This document shows, in pieces, positions 12,945 through 27,049 of a stretch of DNA of 64,000 nucleotides; within the stretch, counting starts at the first letter, position 1; the number at the start of each line of letters is the position of its first letter. The notes under the pieces were generated by a model. The model was not told where the DNA came from. It ran no database searches and saw only the letters and a list, made by a program, of their open reading frames with translations. The stretch covers positions 310,001-374,000 of the forward strand of contig JALDTO010000154.1 of NCBI GenBank assembly GCA_023515725.1, written 5' to 3'. Origin of the DNA: Amoeboaphelidium protococcarum X5. Lineage: Eukaryota; Fungi; Aphelidiomycota. Made by a program: the position numbers and the translations under genes.

Positions 12945-14099
12945 TCATGGCTCGGAGTTGATTTCAATGACCGACTGTAGAATTTGTGCAGGTTAGTTAT
13001 AATTGGTCCACGCTGATATGATACAATTGCCATCGTTCTGGTCATCACTAAACATACAATATGTAAAGTTTTCGCAACGTTTAAACATTTTCTTGACTGT
13101 GGGGTATTGGAGCGATATTGCCATTAACTCATTTTAGACACTTTCCACTATACGCTCCAACCTGTCTGAATCTAAATCTAATTCATCACGCTAAATAAGT
13201 CCAACTTCATCCGGCACAATCAACTTACACCCATTCACGATTCGCACAAAGTACACCAGTCCTGGGAAGCGATAAAGGTAAGGAAGAAGTTGAACACGAG
13301 AATATTACAAGTCAACGGCAATATCTAAGTTGGATAACTCTAAGAAGTTCCTCAAATCGGAATCATATTCAGGCGGGAGTAATTACACCAACACAATGCC
13401 AGGATTATTCAAATGTCTCACAGAAATCGCCATATCCCCTGACACATTAAGCCTGTACTCTTCACTTTTTGACTATATATGCCTGGTGTAGACATTAAAG
13501 AGAACATTAAACAGCCGCAAAAGAGAATTAGACACGTCACCGTGGACGTAAAACAGTGTATCATTGTGGTAGATAGCCGATGGTAAGCTTTGCATCTAAA
13601 ACAAATCCTGAAACTAAAGTCTTAACTCAGCTGCAACAATAACATACTCTTTGATAGCCAAATCTTAAAAATAACGAGTGGATGGACTCTCTGTAATAGT
13701 CTTTAAACAACAATTGATCAGTTCAACCAGCTACGTGTTTCCGTCAAGCAAGTCTATAACGCCATCTATATGTAAGTCATCTAAGCATATATCAATCAGA
13801 TCAATAACTATATTCACTACGGATTCCGCTCTCGCTTAATTTAGACCACAGCAATACAAATAACCAACATCATCATCACCTAGCGCCTTCATGATGAACT
13901 ATCCAGAAGATTTATAAAACGAGGCAGCTTTTACCATGATCCGTTGATTATTATCATCAGTATCGTCAGAGCCATTTAGTAACTCTGTTAACAAATTCTA
14001 AGTGGTAATCAAAGGCATAAATTATACATCACTTTAATCTCCACAGTCACCAAAACGGTATCTGATAATACCATTCCTATCGAGCAAAATTATACTCAT
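12945..14099 (-). CDS. Longin-domain trafficking protein, HPS1 (BLOC-3)-like
   Basis: Open frame from ATG 14099 to TGA 12945, 384 aa. N-terminus MSIILLDRNGIIRYRF is longin-like. YLYRFPGLVYFVRI resembles the HPS1 FPGLVHFIYV motif. Confidence 0.5.
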
Positions 14100-15146
14100 T
14101 CTCCACTATAGTAAATATTTAACAGAGAAAAGAATGAACGGTCTCAAGAGAGTGAGTATTCAAAGAGAAGTAGAACAACGCGATACAGATATAATGTTGG
14201 AGGCGGGTGGCTGTACTCAGCCACAACTTGATCGACTGCTGTGTTAATCGAAAGGTGGCGCTTGCGCCTTGAATCTTGAAAGTGAAGGAAAATATACTCA
14301 ATAATTAGCAGTTCTTTATTCAGATTCCTACATATAACGTAGAGTCTATGCACAGTCTGTTCGCTGATTGTTTACAGATTGCTGCGTGAATCATTCGAAA
14401 CAGCTTTAGCGCCAATAAAAAGGTTTTCGGAACATTCCGCGAGCGATACATGGACAATCAATCCGACCGACCAACCAACCAGAGCGCGCGCCCTGACGTT
14501 GAGGACGATCGCTCAGGCATTCGAACCTTCCTCCACACACACACATTCATCCCTTGACGCGAATCTCGTGAATGAATTCGTATTATTACCCCCGATCCGC
14601 ACGCAAGCACGCTCGCCGCCATTTCGCGATTGCAGTTGGATAGATCGATTTCATCATAATCATCGTCTTCTGTGTTTTGATTGATTGACAACATTAAGGC
14701 TTTGACTTTGTCCTCTTTTGTCTTGCGTAAGGGCTTCACATTGTTATCGTTATTACAAGAGATAGCACTCCTTCTCTTTCTACAAATTGCTGTCACTAAT
14801 AGAGATTAGTCTACAATCTTTGGTCATATCATCGTCGATTCCTGGGCTCTCTCTCTCTTTACAGTATACAATATACAATCTGGATACATTTGGCGTGATA
14901 ATAGCTGCACACCCGACTACTATATAATTGTTGAACTAATTGTTGTTGTTGTTGAAATTCCGAGATATAGAAGGTTGATTGTTGAAGTACATTACATTGA
15001 GATTGCCAAAAGACAACATCAAAGTATAATTATAAATTTTGGATATTAGAGCAATAAGTTGCACATTCGATAGTGGTAAGCTTTACTCGTCTTGGTATAT
15101 ATATACATAGTAAACCTACAGTTAGTTTCTGAGTTTTGAGTGATAA

Positions 15147-16310
15147 ATGGCCGATAAATATTATAATGGTGTTGCTGTGACTGCTCCGGTAGCTCCTAGA
15201 TGGTAGTAGTAGGGGAAATATATATCATCATCTACATCTTTGGACCCATCCCTGATATCTTCTGCGTAGTCTACTGGAGCCTCATGGCGCAAGATTGCTA
15301 GGCCCTGTGAGCAGATTCAACAATATCAATCCTTTAGTTCTAGTTAGGTACCGGATGATTATAGTGGTGTTAAGTTATCTACTCCATAAATGAGAATGGG
15401 AGATTAAGACAGGGCGAGCTAGAGTGAAGTCTCAGTTGCTGGATGGAGTGACGATTAGCGTGTGTGGCAGCAATAATCAACAGTATCGAATAATGGCGGT
15501 ACACATTAGACTTAACTTTTCAATCGGTGTGAGAGCAGAAGTAACGGAAGTAGTTATATTGGCGACAATCAATTTGACGGTGGTAATATTGTTCACAGTC
15601 AACCTACAGTAGTGGACAAGGGGTACGTACAGTCGATATGGAGTAGCCACGATGAGAAGGAGTATTTGCGTAGAACTAGAAGCTCCGATATTAGCTATAA
15701 TAAGCATCCCCATTATTCGCATAATAATCATCATCAATAGTCTCAGTAGTTATCGTTGCAGCAGAATCATCATAATTATAATCACTCCATGTACAATGGA
15801 TCATCCGTGCCAGATCTGACATCATGCGGATCTCAGTTTGACGATGTGAAGAGCATCAAGAGTGATCTGTCTTCACCTGCTGTGAGAAGTGATTTGTCTG
15901 TAAGATCTATAGATGGTGGTGGCAATGGATCTATGTTTTCGTATTATCCCCAATCTGAGCCTGACAGTACACGGAAATGGATAAAGGTGAAGTAGCCAGA
16001 GTTGCTACCATACCAACATTGGAATAAGCATTTGAATGCTCAGATTATGCCACTTGGTAATCCACGACATTTGAAGGGGAAGATGCAGTAGAATAATGGC
16101 ACTAACGTCGGAGATAGACATGGTGATGACGCGTAGTAGTTGCAATAATAGCAATAGTTTACCGGATTTATAGTTGGACGTCAAGACTACAATAACAGCA
16201 ACAATAGCAACAATAACTATAGTAATAATGTGAAAGGTACGAGGAATTATCAACATCGCTATCAGCATTAACAATAATAGCAGAGACCATAGCGAGAGTA
16301 TCAATACTGA
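15147..16310 (+). CDS. Uncharacterised Q/N/S-rich low-complexity protein (387 aa)
   Basis: Single frame with no TGA from ATG 15147 to TGA 16308. Gln runs are encoded by TAG/TAA. No domain recognised. Confidence 0.7.
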
Positions 16311-16444
16311 CGCCAGCAGGATCTTGACTGATTATAGTTCAAGTTTCGTATTATCTAACTGAGTATAAAAAAAAATAAAAAAAAAAAATATAATAGTGAA
16401 CAGATTGGAATGAACTTAATATATATTTTAGTAATAAAAGTATT

Positions 16445-18007
16445 TCATTTATTTTTGCGCTTGCCCCGCTTCTTACCACCTTCTACGGCCAATGCGTGTC
16501 CTGTGGCTTCAATATGTCGAAATAACTTGTTCCTGGTCTCAAATTGCATTGAACATACATTACATGCCAGTCCTTAAGATGATGAAAATTGCGCATTCTT
16601 ACCTTTGGCCCTCCTAGAACCGCTCTTTTTGGTCTAACTTTATGAGGCTTTATTTACTTGAGTACCGGCAGACGAGATCTCTTCCTATTAATCACCTTTA
16701 TGCTACTTTTCATCTTGATCTGATATGTCTATAGATTTAATTCCTTCCACTACTTCAGGCTCACCGTACTCACTCTCGGATGATAAAGACCCTGTGGATG
16801 AATTACTTGATGTAGCAGATTGATCCAATTCCTGCTCTTGATCAAAGGCACCATTGTCCATTAATCCGTCATCAGAATTGATTTCATCAGTCTACTATTC
16901 TTATTATTCATCTAAAGGAGATTCTGACGCGTCTTGAACTTCTTCAGAACTTGCATCAGCGTCATTTAGTTAATTATATAATTCGTCATCCTTCAGCATC
17001 TGTTCCTTTACCAGCTTCTCCATCTTTTAGTGCTTCTTACTTCGCTCATGATTACTTAGCTATTTATCAGACTTGAAACTTTTATCACACAATACACAGA
17101 AGAAATCTTATTCAAACGAGTCATCTTCATCAAAATCGCCATCATTGACATCTGCATTGCCAGATTAATAAACATCTTCATACTCTTCATCCAACAGCTG
17201 GTCCAGCCGATCTTCATCAACTTTCATCCACTCCTACTCTTGAAAGAATTCTCCCTTTCGAAGTAATTCCGCTCTCTCTTCAGCCACTCTACGCCTTTCT
17301 ATAGTCTACCTGGCCTCTTATGCAGCTTTCGCTTCTTCATGCAAACGTTTCCACCGCTCATCACGTCGCTGCACAAACTTGGTTAGAGCTCGGACACTAT
17401 CATTATACTCGCGCTTGGCCTGCTCTCTAAATTTCTTGTTCTCTTTGCCAACCACACGGCGGACGCGTCGATTATGTTCATCAGCCGCGCGATACTTGTC
17501 GACCCATGCGAAATCCAGCGAGGTTGAAAACGACGTCCAGTAACCGTAGAAGGATTTCAGAGTCTGGTAATCAGTATTTAGAGAGCCAAATGACATCTGG
17601 AACATGTCGCTGTTACCCGCCTTGATTTCCTGCTATACAAGCTCTTCATACACGCTCCTATAAACAGCATAGAAACCGTTCGGACTATCATTAAATCCAT
17701 CGTAAACCGACGTAGAGAAGTAATGATTAACATCCACAATATCCTCGAAATACTGCTACTATTCCGCTTAATCTTTAGAATTTCTAAGAATTTAATTTCT
17801 ATGACTATCATACCAAGATCGCTCCTGAGGATCAGATAGAATATCATAAGCTTCCTGAATCAATCTAAATCTACTTGTCGCCTCTTCAACCTTGTCGGGA
17901 TTCTTATCAGGATGCCACTGTAAAGCCAATTTCCTATAAGCCTTCTTAATCTCATCATCTTACGCTGTACGCGCAACTCCTAGCACCTCATAATGACACT
18001 GCTTCAT
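16445..18007 (-). CDS. JJJ1: DnaJ co-chaperone Jjj1/DNAJC21 (J domain plus C2H2 zinc fingers)
   Basis: Motifs: [73 protein letters not shown]. 520 aa. Confidence 0.92.
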
Positions 18008-18171
18008 ATCTATATCTATCACTGTGATAATTTCTAAGAGCAAAGAAAAACGACAGCGTATTCGAAGTGAAAATAAAAAAGAAATTTAAAAAACAAAACA
18101 TTTCAATGCAGTTAAGTGTATATGCCTTCGTTATTATCATTATCAAGTGTGTACCAACGTCACTACACAAC

Positions 18172-20843
18172 TCAAGGACCAGAGACCACCTACTTCACCA
18201 AGCTCCTTGACCATCTGATAACTTCGCGTGTCTGAACAGAGAACGATCTGTCAGCTCTTGCCTCTTTGAAGAAAGCTTCCACCCACGCGCCAGTGAGAAA
18301 CTGTTTCAGATCAGCGCCCATCGCGTCGGCCATATCGCCCAAGAGACCAATAGCACCTCTCACCAGTGGCTCCGTCTTGTTCTAATCTTGGAAGATCTCA
18401 TACACAAAGGCAAGCATCGTCTCCGCGTATTACAGCAGCAGCTTGCCTTTGCCGTTCATCTTAAATCCTTAGACGATTCCGGTCAATGCTTCCAAAATAC
18501 CTTCTCGCAACGTACACACATAGTCGACCATGTCCAAATCATGTGGGTCGGCCTACATCTGAGCCGCCTGTTGCAATACAGTCATTGTCACTTGCAAAAA
18601 TGGCTCAAACTTTGATTCAATCGCAAGGGATATGTCTCCAAAGCACGATAAAATGGGCGGCTTCACCTCCCTGTGCAAAACTTCACTTTATAGATTTTAG
18701 ACTAGCAGAGTCATAAACTTCTCGCAGTACACTACCACTTAATCATTCAATGCACGACAAAGATCTCCAACGACGCCAACGGCAATCTAACACAATTAAT
18801 GCTCAGTATGATTCTACAAAGCCTGGCAAAGGAAAGGTACAAACATATCTGCATAGCGTTAAAAGTCCTGCCCCATGCAGTTAATAAGGACTCCGATAGC
18901 AACAAAGACGTCTTCCACAGTCGTGGTATTTTTTGAAGACTGAGTGAGAATCTTCAGCAGAGATGTCATAATGCGATCAGAGTACGCAGTAATTCCTCTC
19001 TTTAATCTTCTGGCCAAACTTTATACTACAGAGCACAGAGCAAGTTACAGCTCAGCCTGTTCATTTAAATCATCCGCTCCCAATGCCTAACTTCCTTATT
19101 GTATAGAAAACTCAAGTCGCGAGAGAACAACGTTGGCTGCATTATCAACAGTTTTAAGACAATCTTAAGCACAGTATTAAATGAAATTAGCCAGCGCTTC
19201 GTACGCGGAAGTCTTCAACTAATGCTCTACTGCATCACTTCTCTGGGCTGCATTTAACAATGCATTCACCGCGGCATCAAAGAAAGGTGAAAGAGCATAT
19301 GTCACCTCGTCCTGGTCATCCACACCTAGTTCATTAGCCAAATTCATCAATGCCCACGAAGCACTAGCAGCCACCTTAGGGGAGTCTTATAGAGCTCTAA
19401 GCAGCGCCTCAATGACCGAGGTAAGCATCTGACTGCCTTTAATACATGCAGAATGTAATTCACAAATCTTGCCCAAGGTCCACGCAGCTCCATCTTTTAC
19501 TTGCACATTTTGATCACTCATCAGCTGCAATAGAACTGGCATTGCCTAAGTAATCAGCTGCTATAGTATCTAGCTATCCGGACCATTCAGGATGGAGCCA
19601 AACGCCATGACTGAAGCTTCTCTCAATCTCCACTCTGACTTGGTAATGTTAGCCTCTACAAACGGAACAACCAATGGTACAACATCGTTCTAAATACACT
19701 CGGCAAACAGAGACAAAGCAGTAGCTGCAGCCATAAAAGGTGTCCATTCATCCTCATCTATACCCTCTTCCTACTAAGTCAGCAGTTGCAATAAGACAGG
19801 CACGACATTGGGAGCAGCAGCTCTAGCAAAGTTCTGACTGACTCTTTCTGGTTACTCACCAAACTCCATAGCCTCCTCTGCCTCTTCCATCAACGCGATT
19901 TCTTCATCACAAACGGTTGACCAAAATTCTATGGCCTAAAGAGCAATGTTAGTGTCTTGACTAGTCATTCCATTAATAGTCAGCCCAAATAGAGCCTGTC
20001 GCATGTATACCAGCATATGATCATAGTACAGAGACATTATTCTGACCAGACACTCAAATGCAGCACTCACAACTTCTCCACTCTCCGTGACTGTGGTGGC
20101 CTCACAAACAACTTGCATTATAAAGTCCCGCTCTTTAGGATTGTCGAAATTGCGTCTAATAAACTCCAACGAATTGGTCATAGCTCTAAGAGCTGCGATA
20201 AGAATGGCAGGACTCTGACCTTTGCGCGCACCTTGCACAACTGCAGTCAGAATTTCATTGGAATAATTCTCCAAGGCTTCAGGTGCAACTTCTTCGCAAA
20301 GAAAACCAATGGTCTGCAAAGTGGCCTACTTTAATTCATTAGAACTTGACTACGCAGCGACATTATTCATCAGCGTTTAGATAAGTTCTGGCCATGCATT
20401 CATAGGCAACTCTATGGCTGCAATTACAGCAATGGCCTAACCAGCAGTCGTGGTCACCAGCTTTTCAGTGGCAGTCAGAGCCGAGAGAGTCAACTGCTTC
20501 ACCTGACTCTTGACACCGCTATCAACAGTCTGCCATTTCTACTGTAATAACACCCGTCTGGCAAAATCCTTGGCGGTTAAATTATTCTTCAGTTGCAGAC
20601 CAGCAGCAGATCTCATAGCTGGCGCCTGGTCTCCTCTAGCCAGCTCAGTGGCAAGACCCAACACGAATTGTCCAAAGTTCTCCTACGCGGCTTATTGCAA
20701 CTGACGCAAAGCCTGGTCTCTTTCAGACTGGACTACACGATTCAAGATTAAATTCACAATCAACTGTGCTCAGTCACGTAATTAATTCAAGTCATACCTG
20801 GTGAGAGAGTCTTGGCAAAAATCTACCCAAAGTTAACGCTCAT
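18172..20843 (-). CDS. KAP95: Importin subunit beta-1
   Basis: Intron 20733-20797. Motifs: [67 protein letters not shown]. Confidence 0.95.
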
Positions 20844-21317
20844 ATTCCTAAATACTCGAGGTGATGTTTAATGTTCAGAAAGAAGACAAGATCTCAGTTA
20901 GGCACTTCTCTGCTGGTTGAATGAAAAAAAGAGTCACCGCGTTTAAAGACAGACGGCGGAAAGCACAACACCGAGCGCAATGGACGAAATAAATACTCAA
21001 CTTCTCTCGGCTCTATCAAAGTCAAATCTCGCCAGGCCAGGAGGATGATTGAATGCTTCTCTTCGAGTTCGACAGAAAGCGGGCAGTGGCGAAAACTTTA
21101 AACGCGTTTCAACAAGTGCCGTCTTTGATTGCCGAGTTGATTGACAACCGCGCGAGGTGACTTGTGTTGAGAAGTGAAACGGGCCTCGTATCAGAGCAAC
21201 AGCTTATAAATAGCCCTGATTTTACACAAATGCTATAATCAACAATTATTTACAGATACCATGTTTTCTTTTACACTTATTCAAATGCATTAGCAGGTTT
21301 ATAACAATACAGTAATC

Positions 21318-23897
21318 ATGGATTCGGTGTAAGAATCAGATCGAAACGTTCACGGTGGAATGGACCAGCAGCTGCTAAATGTTAAAACTCAAGCATCAGA
21401 TATCCAGTCATCACAGTAACTAGTGCTTAAAAGTTCTATTATTGCAATGGTTGATAACGCAGAACAGTCAATCTAATAGCAACAATAACAACAGGTTCAT
21501 TCGTAAATTTAATAGAAGAGAAAGGTGAGTTAAATGAAGGCTCGTAAATCGGCACCTGAAAAGTTTGACTAGCAGAAGCTGGCCCTATCCTCTAGAGTTG
21601 ATAATGGCAGTAAGCTCTCTCCTACACCTGAAAGCCCGTAAAGTCCGTCATAGAAGCCATTGACGCGTAGAGGACACAAGAAACTTAAATCTGGAGATAG
21701 GCGAAGGATCCGCGAGAGTTTGAAGGAGAGCTAGAAGAAACTGCTGAACTAGGGTGGACCTGCATCATTCGTGTTGGGACCACAAGTACATTCATAATAG
21801 CGAAAATCCTCATCAAGTTTCCGAAAGTCATTGTCAATGAACGATTTATAGAGAGAGCATAATGTATTATTTTCCACAGATTTATTATGTGATATCAGCG
21901 CGACGACGTAAAGCAGAAACTAGGCAGGTTTCGATTAATCAGATGTCAAACGTCAAGAGAAAGCTTAAGCTGCAGCGATTACCATCCAACGTTATTATAG
22001 ATTCTATAGAATGAAAAGACATTATGGTCTCATGCTGGATAAAATGTAATAGAGTCGCAATCTGTCATTGATTAAGGAAAGCAGACGGAAAAGCGTCATG
22101 TTAATGCTCGCTCATGCTAATCAGATCAGTCCATCATAAGAGTTGCTCTTGAGGTTTCAACTAGAATCATAAACGTCACCAAGCTCAGAATCTTAGATAC
22201 AGCATGATACATAGACATCGACGCTATTGTCAAATGAAATGCTAGATGCATAGAAGGAGAAAAAAGCAATTAGAAAAGTCACCAACTTATTTAACGAGAA
22301 TCCATCCAAGGGAATATAAAGCGCGATTTAAATGGCTCAATGTGGCTCCGACTCTAAAGATGTCGCGAAATTTTTATTATCTCATCCAGGACTATCCAAA
22401 GTGAAAATTGGGGAGTATCTTGGCATAGGTGATTCCATGTCAAACTAGGTGCTACATCATTTTGTTGATGAATTAGATTTTTAGAATCTGTCGTTTGATG
22501 ATGCGCTCAGAATGTTGTTATAAACCTTCCGACTGCCCGGAGAAGCGTAGAAGATTGATCGTATTATGAACGAGTTTGCTCGAAAGTTTTGTCAAGACAA
22601 CTCTGACGTGTTTCAGTCCCCAGATACTGCTTATATTTTGGCGTTTAGTTTGATTATGCTGAACACTGATGCCCATAATCCGAATGTGAAGAAGAAAATG
22701 TCACTGACTGACTTTCTGCGTAATAATCGCGGTATTAATAATAAGGAAGATCTTCCTCGTCCTTTTATGGAGTAACTTTATTATAACATCATAAACAACG
22801 AGATAAAGATGAATGACCATGATGGTGAGTGGCATTTTCGTGATATTTTATCCAAGCTGGAGGGAAAACAAGATGCTCTTCAGACAGCGGGGCGTGAAGT
22901 AGTTGCTGAATTCACTGCATACTAAATTCCTGATATAGGCAAACCTAACACTCACAGGCACGAGCGGACTTTATTCGTCTGCAATGATTTACTTCTGATT
23001 GTTAAGCCGCGACACGGAATGCAGTTGAGTTAATATGTGACAATGTAAAGTGATTCGCACGCGTCCTTGTCGAGATCTAATCTATCAAAGAACGTGGCCG
23101 ATTTGAGGGAGCGCGAATAGCAATACTCTGGTAGAGAGAGGGTGTCCAGTGCTAGTGGAACTGTGTCGTCTCGTCCTAGCAGTGCAGTGGCTGGTGTTAG
23201 ATACTAATTTAGATACTTTTTCAATTATATCACAATGTCGGCTCTATCGAAAAGTTCGGCCTGTCATCCCTTCATTGTCCAGTTGGTGAATATTAATGGA
23301 CATTTGATTGATCTTGGCTTTAGTCACAAAGAAGAGTAGGAGCGCTTTCTGGAAGTACTGCGCGCTCAGATTGAGGATGAAGAGGAGAGGGAGTTGGATA
23401 AGAAACGCAAGTTATCTGAGCTTACCATAAGCAGAGCTGAGGCTGCCAAGTTTATGATTGAGAAAACATACTCCCTTAAAGATTTAAGTTATGATGAGCT
23501 CTCGCATTCTTAAAGCTCGATCACTGATGAATCTGCAGGTTAAGGACAGCTGGGTCCGAAGCACCGATTTTCTCAATATGGAAGCTTACGAGATGCGCGT
23601 ACGGCTTTAAAAGCCCAGGCAGCGTTCTTGCGCGGTAAATCTAGTAAGAAGACTGCCCAAGAAGCCAAGGATGTTGAGTAGATTCAGACTGATCTGAAAG
23701 CTTTCAGCGTGCAATACAAGTTGTCAGTTCCGTCGCCCAGTCCACAGAATGCCAATCACCCGGCGAATGATGCTTTGATTGAGGCGGATGAGTTGTCGCC
23801 GCCATTGTAAGGTAGTAACGACAATCTGGCAAAGGGTGATGGTAGACTAAGAATACGACGGAAAACTATTACAGATTTGGGCACACTAGGAAATTGA
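21318..23897 (+). CDS. Arf guanine nucleotide exchange factor with IQ-Sec7-PH architecture (IQSEC/BRAG-like)
   Basis: IQ motif AAITIQRYYRFYRMKR. Sec7 motifs FRLPGEAQKIDR and YILAFSLIMLNTDAHNP. PH segment YQIPDIGKPNTHRHERTLFVCNDLLLIVK. Confidence 0.85.
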
Positions 23898-24073
23898 CTT
23901 CGAGCTTGTTGAAAATTTGGTCTTCATATATATTTTTACTTGTTTCAATCGCTCATGTTCTAGAATGTTCTACCTGTTTCGCGATGAAATGGACAATCTG
24001 AATACAAAATGTCATGATCTAACTCACAACATCTCTTTTTATTAATTACAATTAAAATATCTTAAAGAACATT

Positions 24074-24691
24074 ATGTTTGCATACTATCCTTGCTATTAT
24101 TAAGATACTACTCCTCTGGTGTTTGGTACACCTTATGCTCAACAGAACTGGTACCCAGACTACGCGGTGCATGATTGGTGCCCTCAATCTTAGCGAAGAA
24201 GGAAGACTCCAAAGCGCAGACATCGATCTTCTTAAAACTCTCAATAAAGTATCTCTGCTGCAAGTGTTATCTAAAGAGCATATAGATCTTATACTTTAAG
24301 AAAGAGATTGCACGCTCTAGCTGTGATTCGTCGATTCTTGGATCGCGTGGCTATCAAATTGGAAGTGTAACGTTAGGTAATCTCACCTCTAAAGTAAATA
24401 TATAAAATCCAATAAGAGTTGAGTGACATTAACGATCTGCACTGCGATGTATTTTGGGGCAATCTCAGCTTCATAAATGGACACCTCGATTACTCTAATG
24501 CGAATAACAAATCGTTCTTGCTATTTGAAGATAAGTTGACCAAGTTGCTACTGAAACTGGACTCTATTCAATCCAATGGCCGTGAAGAAGTCCAGACTCG
24601 AAGGAAAGCTGCTATAAAGAAAGTCCAATAATGCCTCACTGAATGTGATAACTACAGAGCTGAACAGTTGCACAGTGCAATTGAACAGTGA
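24074..24691 (+). CDS. IQ-motif plus BAG-domain co-chaperone
   Basis: IQ motif AASVIQRAYRSY (Q encoded by TAA). BAG domain FEDKLTKLLLKLDSIQSNGREEVQTRRKAAIKKVQ. Confidence 0.85.
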
Positions 24692-24741
24692 ACAACAAAT
24701 ATCGTGTAAAATAAATCCCCATCCTCTATTTTTATCATAAC

Positions 24742-25332
24742 TCACATTTACTATTTTAATTTTGCTGCCCAATGCTTGGTAGTGCGAGGAATTACACCCA
24801 GATTGACCGCGAAATTTATAGTCTTGACCAGTCTGCGCTGGTTCCCCGACGACAAACCAGTCACCCTCCGCGGCAGTACCTGGCCCAAATCATTAACGTA
24901 TTCAGAGAGGAATATAGCATTCTTGTATTCTCTGGACACGTCGACTCCAGTTTTGGTCATCCAATCGACATTACGCGTAACACTATCATTAGAACTTTGT
25001 GTATTCCAGTACCACATATCATGGACGCGACTGTATCTATTACGCGCATTAAATTCGCTTATAGACAAGTTCAGATCTTCATCAGAATAGTTATGACCAG
25101 ATTCAAATTTCAGTTTTCTGTCGCCAAAATTAGCGCTGCTATTGGTCTAATCAATCAACTCTGCCTTGCTCCGGCTACTTTTACTCATGATAGAGCTTAT
25201 AGAGTTGGTATTACGTTCAGCGACTCTCTTGCTTGTAGACTTGACGTCTGACAGAATCTACTCAATCTCATTATGGGCACTTTTACGCGCCTTGGCATCA
25301 TTAAATACACGCTTTATGCAATTTCTAATCAT
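24742..25332 (-). CDS. RSM18: Mitochondrial ribosomal protein bS18m
   Basis: S18 signature YKNAIFLSEYVNDLGQVLPRRVTGLSSGNQRRLVKTINFAVNLGVIP. ATG 25332 to TGA 24742. Confidence 0.88.
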
Positions 25333-26050
25333 TTTGAATTTACAATCAGTAACTTTAACAGAGTTTTCTAGAAAATTTTAAATTCTTTGATGACAAACGA
25401 GCGCGTTGAATTTCGCTCTCATTTCAATAGTTTTGACAAGAAATACGTCAGAAGAGATTTAAAATGTTAAGACTAACGCGTCGATTGTAATCTAATTAAG
25501 CCGCATATTCAGCCAAGAATCTAGCTGGAGCTGCCTCCTAATAGAGCAGTAAGAAGGGATCCTAAAAGACTAAATAGAGAAAGCATCAATAGTAGCATGG
25601 GAAGGCATCGTAAAAGCCTGTGCCAAATCAGTAGCTAAAAGTGATGGAAGTTGATGCTCATCCGATAGACACCACCGCTCCCTATCAGTTCCTCAAGTCA
25701 TCATCTGGGTATACATATCGCGATCATTTGACCTTGTTAAATCCTGAAAAGTGTCGATCAGAGAAGTTGCGATCCATGCTCCCATAAGTGATGAAGAGTA
25801 CGGATCATTAGGAGTATCTTTAGTCCATGCTTGACGCGTTAAATATGAATCCACAGTACAGTCTGAAAGATAAAGTGGAAATGCTAGAGTTGGCATGCGA
25901 TTTCTTTATCAAGAATCAGGGAGGCAAAGCTACTGATTACTAATTTGAATCATTAAAGGGAACGCCGTAAGAGAAGATGACGCGTATATGAAATACAATT
26001 TGATACGTCTACAGCAGAGAAACAACGTTTATTCATATAGACTATCTTTC

Positions 26051-26594
26051 TCATACTTTGGGCGTATATCCAGGTGGAAATCCTCTTGGGTGTGGCATCT
26101 TTGTAAAATGAGGCACTACACAATTCAACTTTAATCATTAATGATTTTACAGCTTAAAAACAAATACTCACCTGCTGTGATAGGCTTCCGATGTCCTTTA
26201 GGATCTCTACTAAACACGTAATACTTTTCCACAGGCTTCAGATCGGACTCCTTCTTCCACTGACCATTTTCAATTTATGACTACACATAGACACTTGCAA
26301 TATAAAATGATATGATCAGTAAGATTGGAAATCAGCGGTATATATATTACGCGTGATGAAAATGGAACTTTAGATTCGAGCAGTGTCTATATCACAGAGT
26401 CGACCTACTTGAGCCGCTTTCTAACATTTCTCTTTTGTGTGTGACTTAGAAAGAATGGCCTTCTTGCAAATCTACACACTCACTTTAATTAATTCGATAT
26501 CAGCAATTACGTGTCATTCTAAATATACAGTAACAAATATCTACCTCACTTGACCCACCTGGGCGATAAATGAAGGTTTAAACGCGCCAAACAT
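26051..26594 (-). CDS. MRPL31: Mitochondrial ribosomal protein mL60 (MrpL31)
   Basis: Introns 26472-26544, 26281-26350 and 26116-26171. Spliced product: MFGAFKPS..PFFLSHTQKRNVRKRLKQVDSVI..EKYYVFSR..RKPI..VPHFTK. Confidence 0.85.
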
Positions 26595-26850
26595 ATTTCT
26601 GCTTTTTGAGATATTTTTTACTCAAGCGTTTCACTCAAAACAGGAAAATGTAAGCGACACCAAAAAGTCGTTCGTTGTCGAGTCTTTTTGTGTGTTGATC
26701 AATCCGGGCGAGATGTTTGAGCTAAGGTTGATACGAAAGAGCGAGCGAATGAGACGCGTTCGATTAAAATTTTTTGATCACTCTCTCTTCTCTTCTTCTG
26801 TTATCACAACTATTACATTTGCATCAACAATTTAAGAAGATAGATTCAAG

Positions 26851-26919
26851 ATGCGTGAGAAGTGGAGAAAGAAGCGTATGAGAAGATTGAAGAGAAAGCG
26901 TCGTAAGAATCGCAAGTGA
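26851..26919 (+). CDS. RPL41: 60S ribosomal protein eL41
   Basis: MREKWRKKRMRRLKRKRRKNRK* after an A-rich leader. Confidence 0.93.
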   Translation: MREKWRKKRMRRLKRKRRKNRK

Positions 26920-27049
26920 GCTCTCTATTGACATTATAATAGTGAAAGTTGAAAAAATAAAAGTTACTTATTACCTATTACTATATTTCTTTTGTTTATT
27001 TCTCTTCTTACTTTTTAACTTCTCTTCTTCTTCTACTTCTTTCTACTCA

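Noticed and set aside
14379-14830. Short ORFs on both strands
   Set aside because: No recognisable motifs and no long TGA-free frame with a good start. This is likely a divergent promoter/UTR region.
15900-15967. Possible intron GTAAGA..CTGACAG in the Q/N-rich gene
   Set aside because: The unspliced frame stays open to 16310, splicing gives an early TGA, and the acceptor is not TGTAG.
25480-25960. ORF 25693-25896 on the minus strand
   Set aside because: Short, closed by TGA and with no recognisable homology. At most a degraded fragment.
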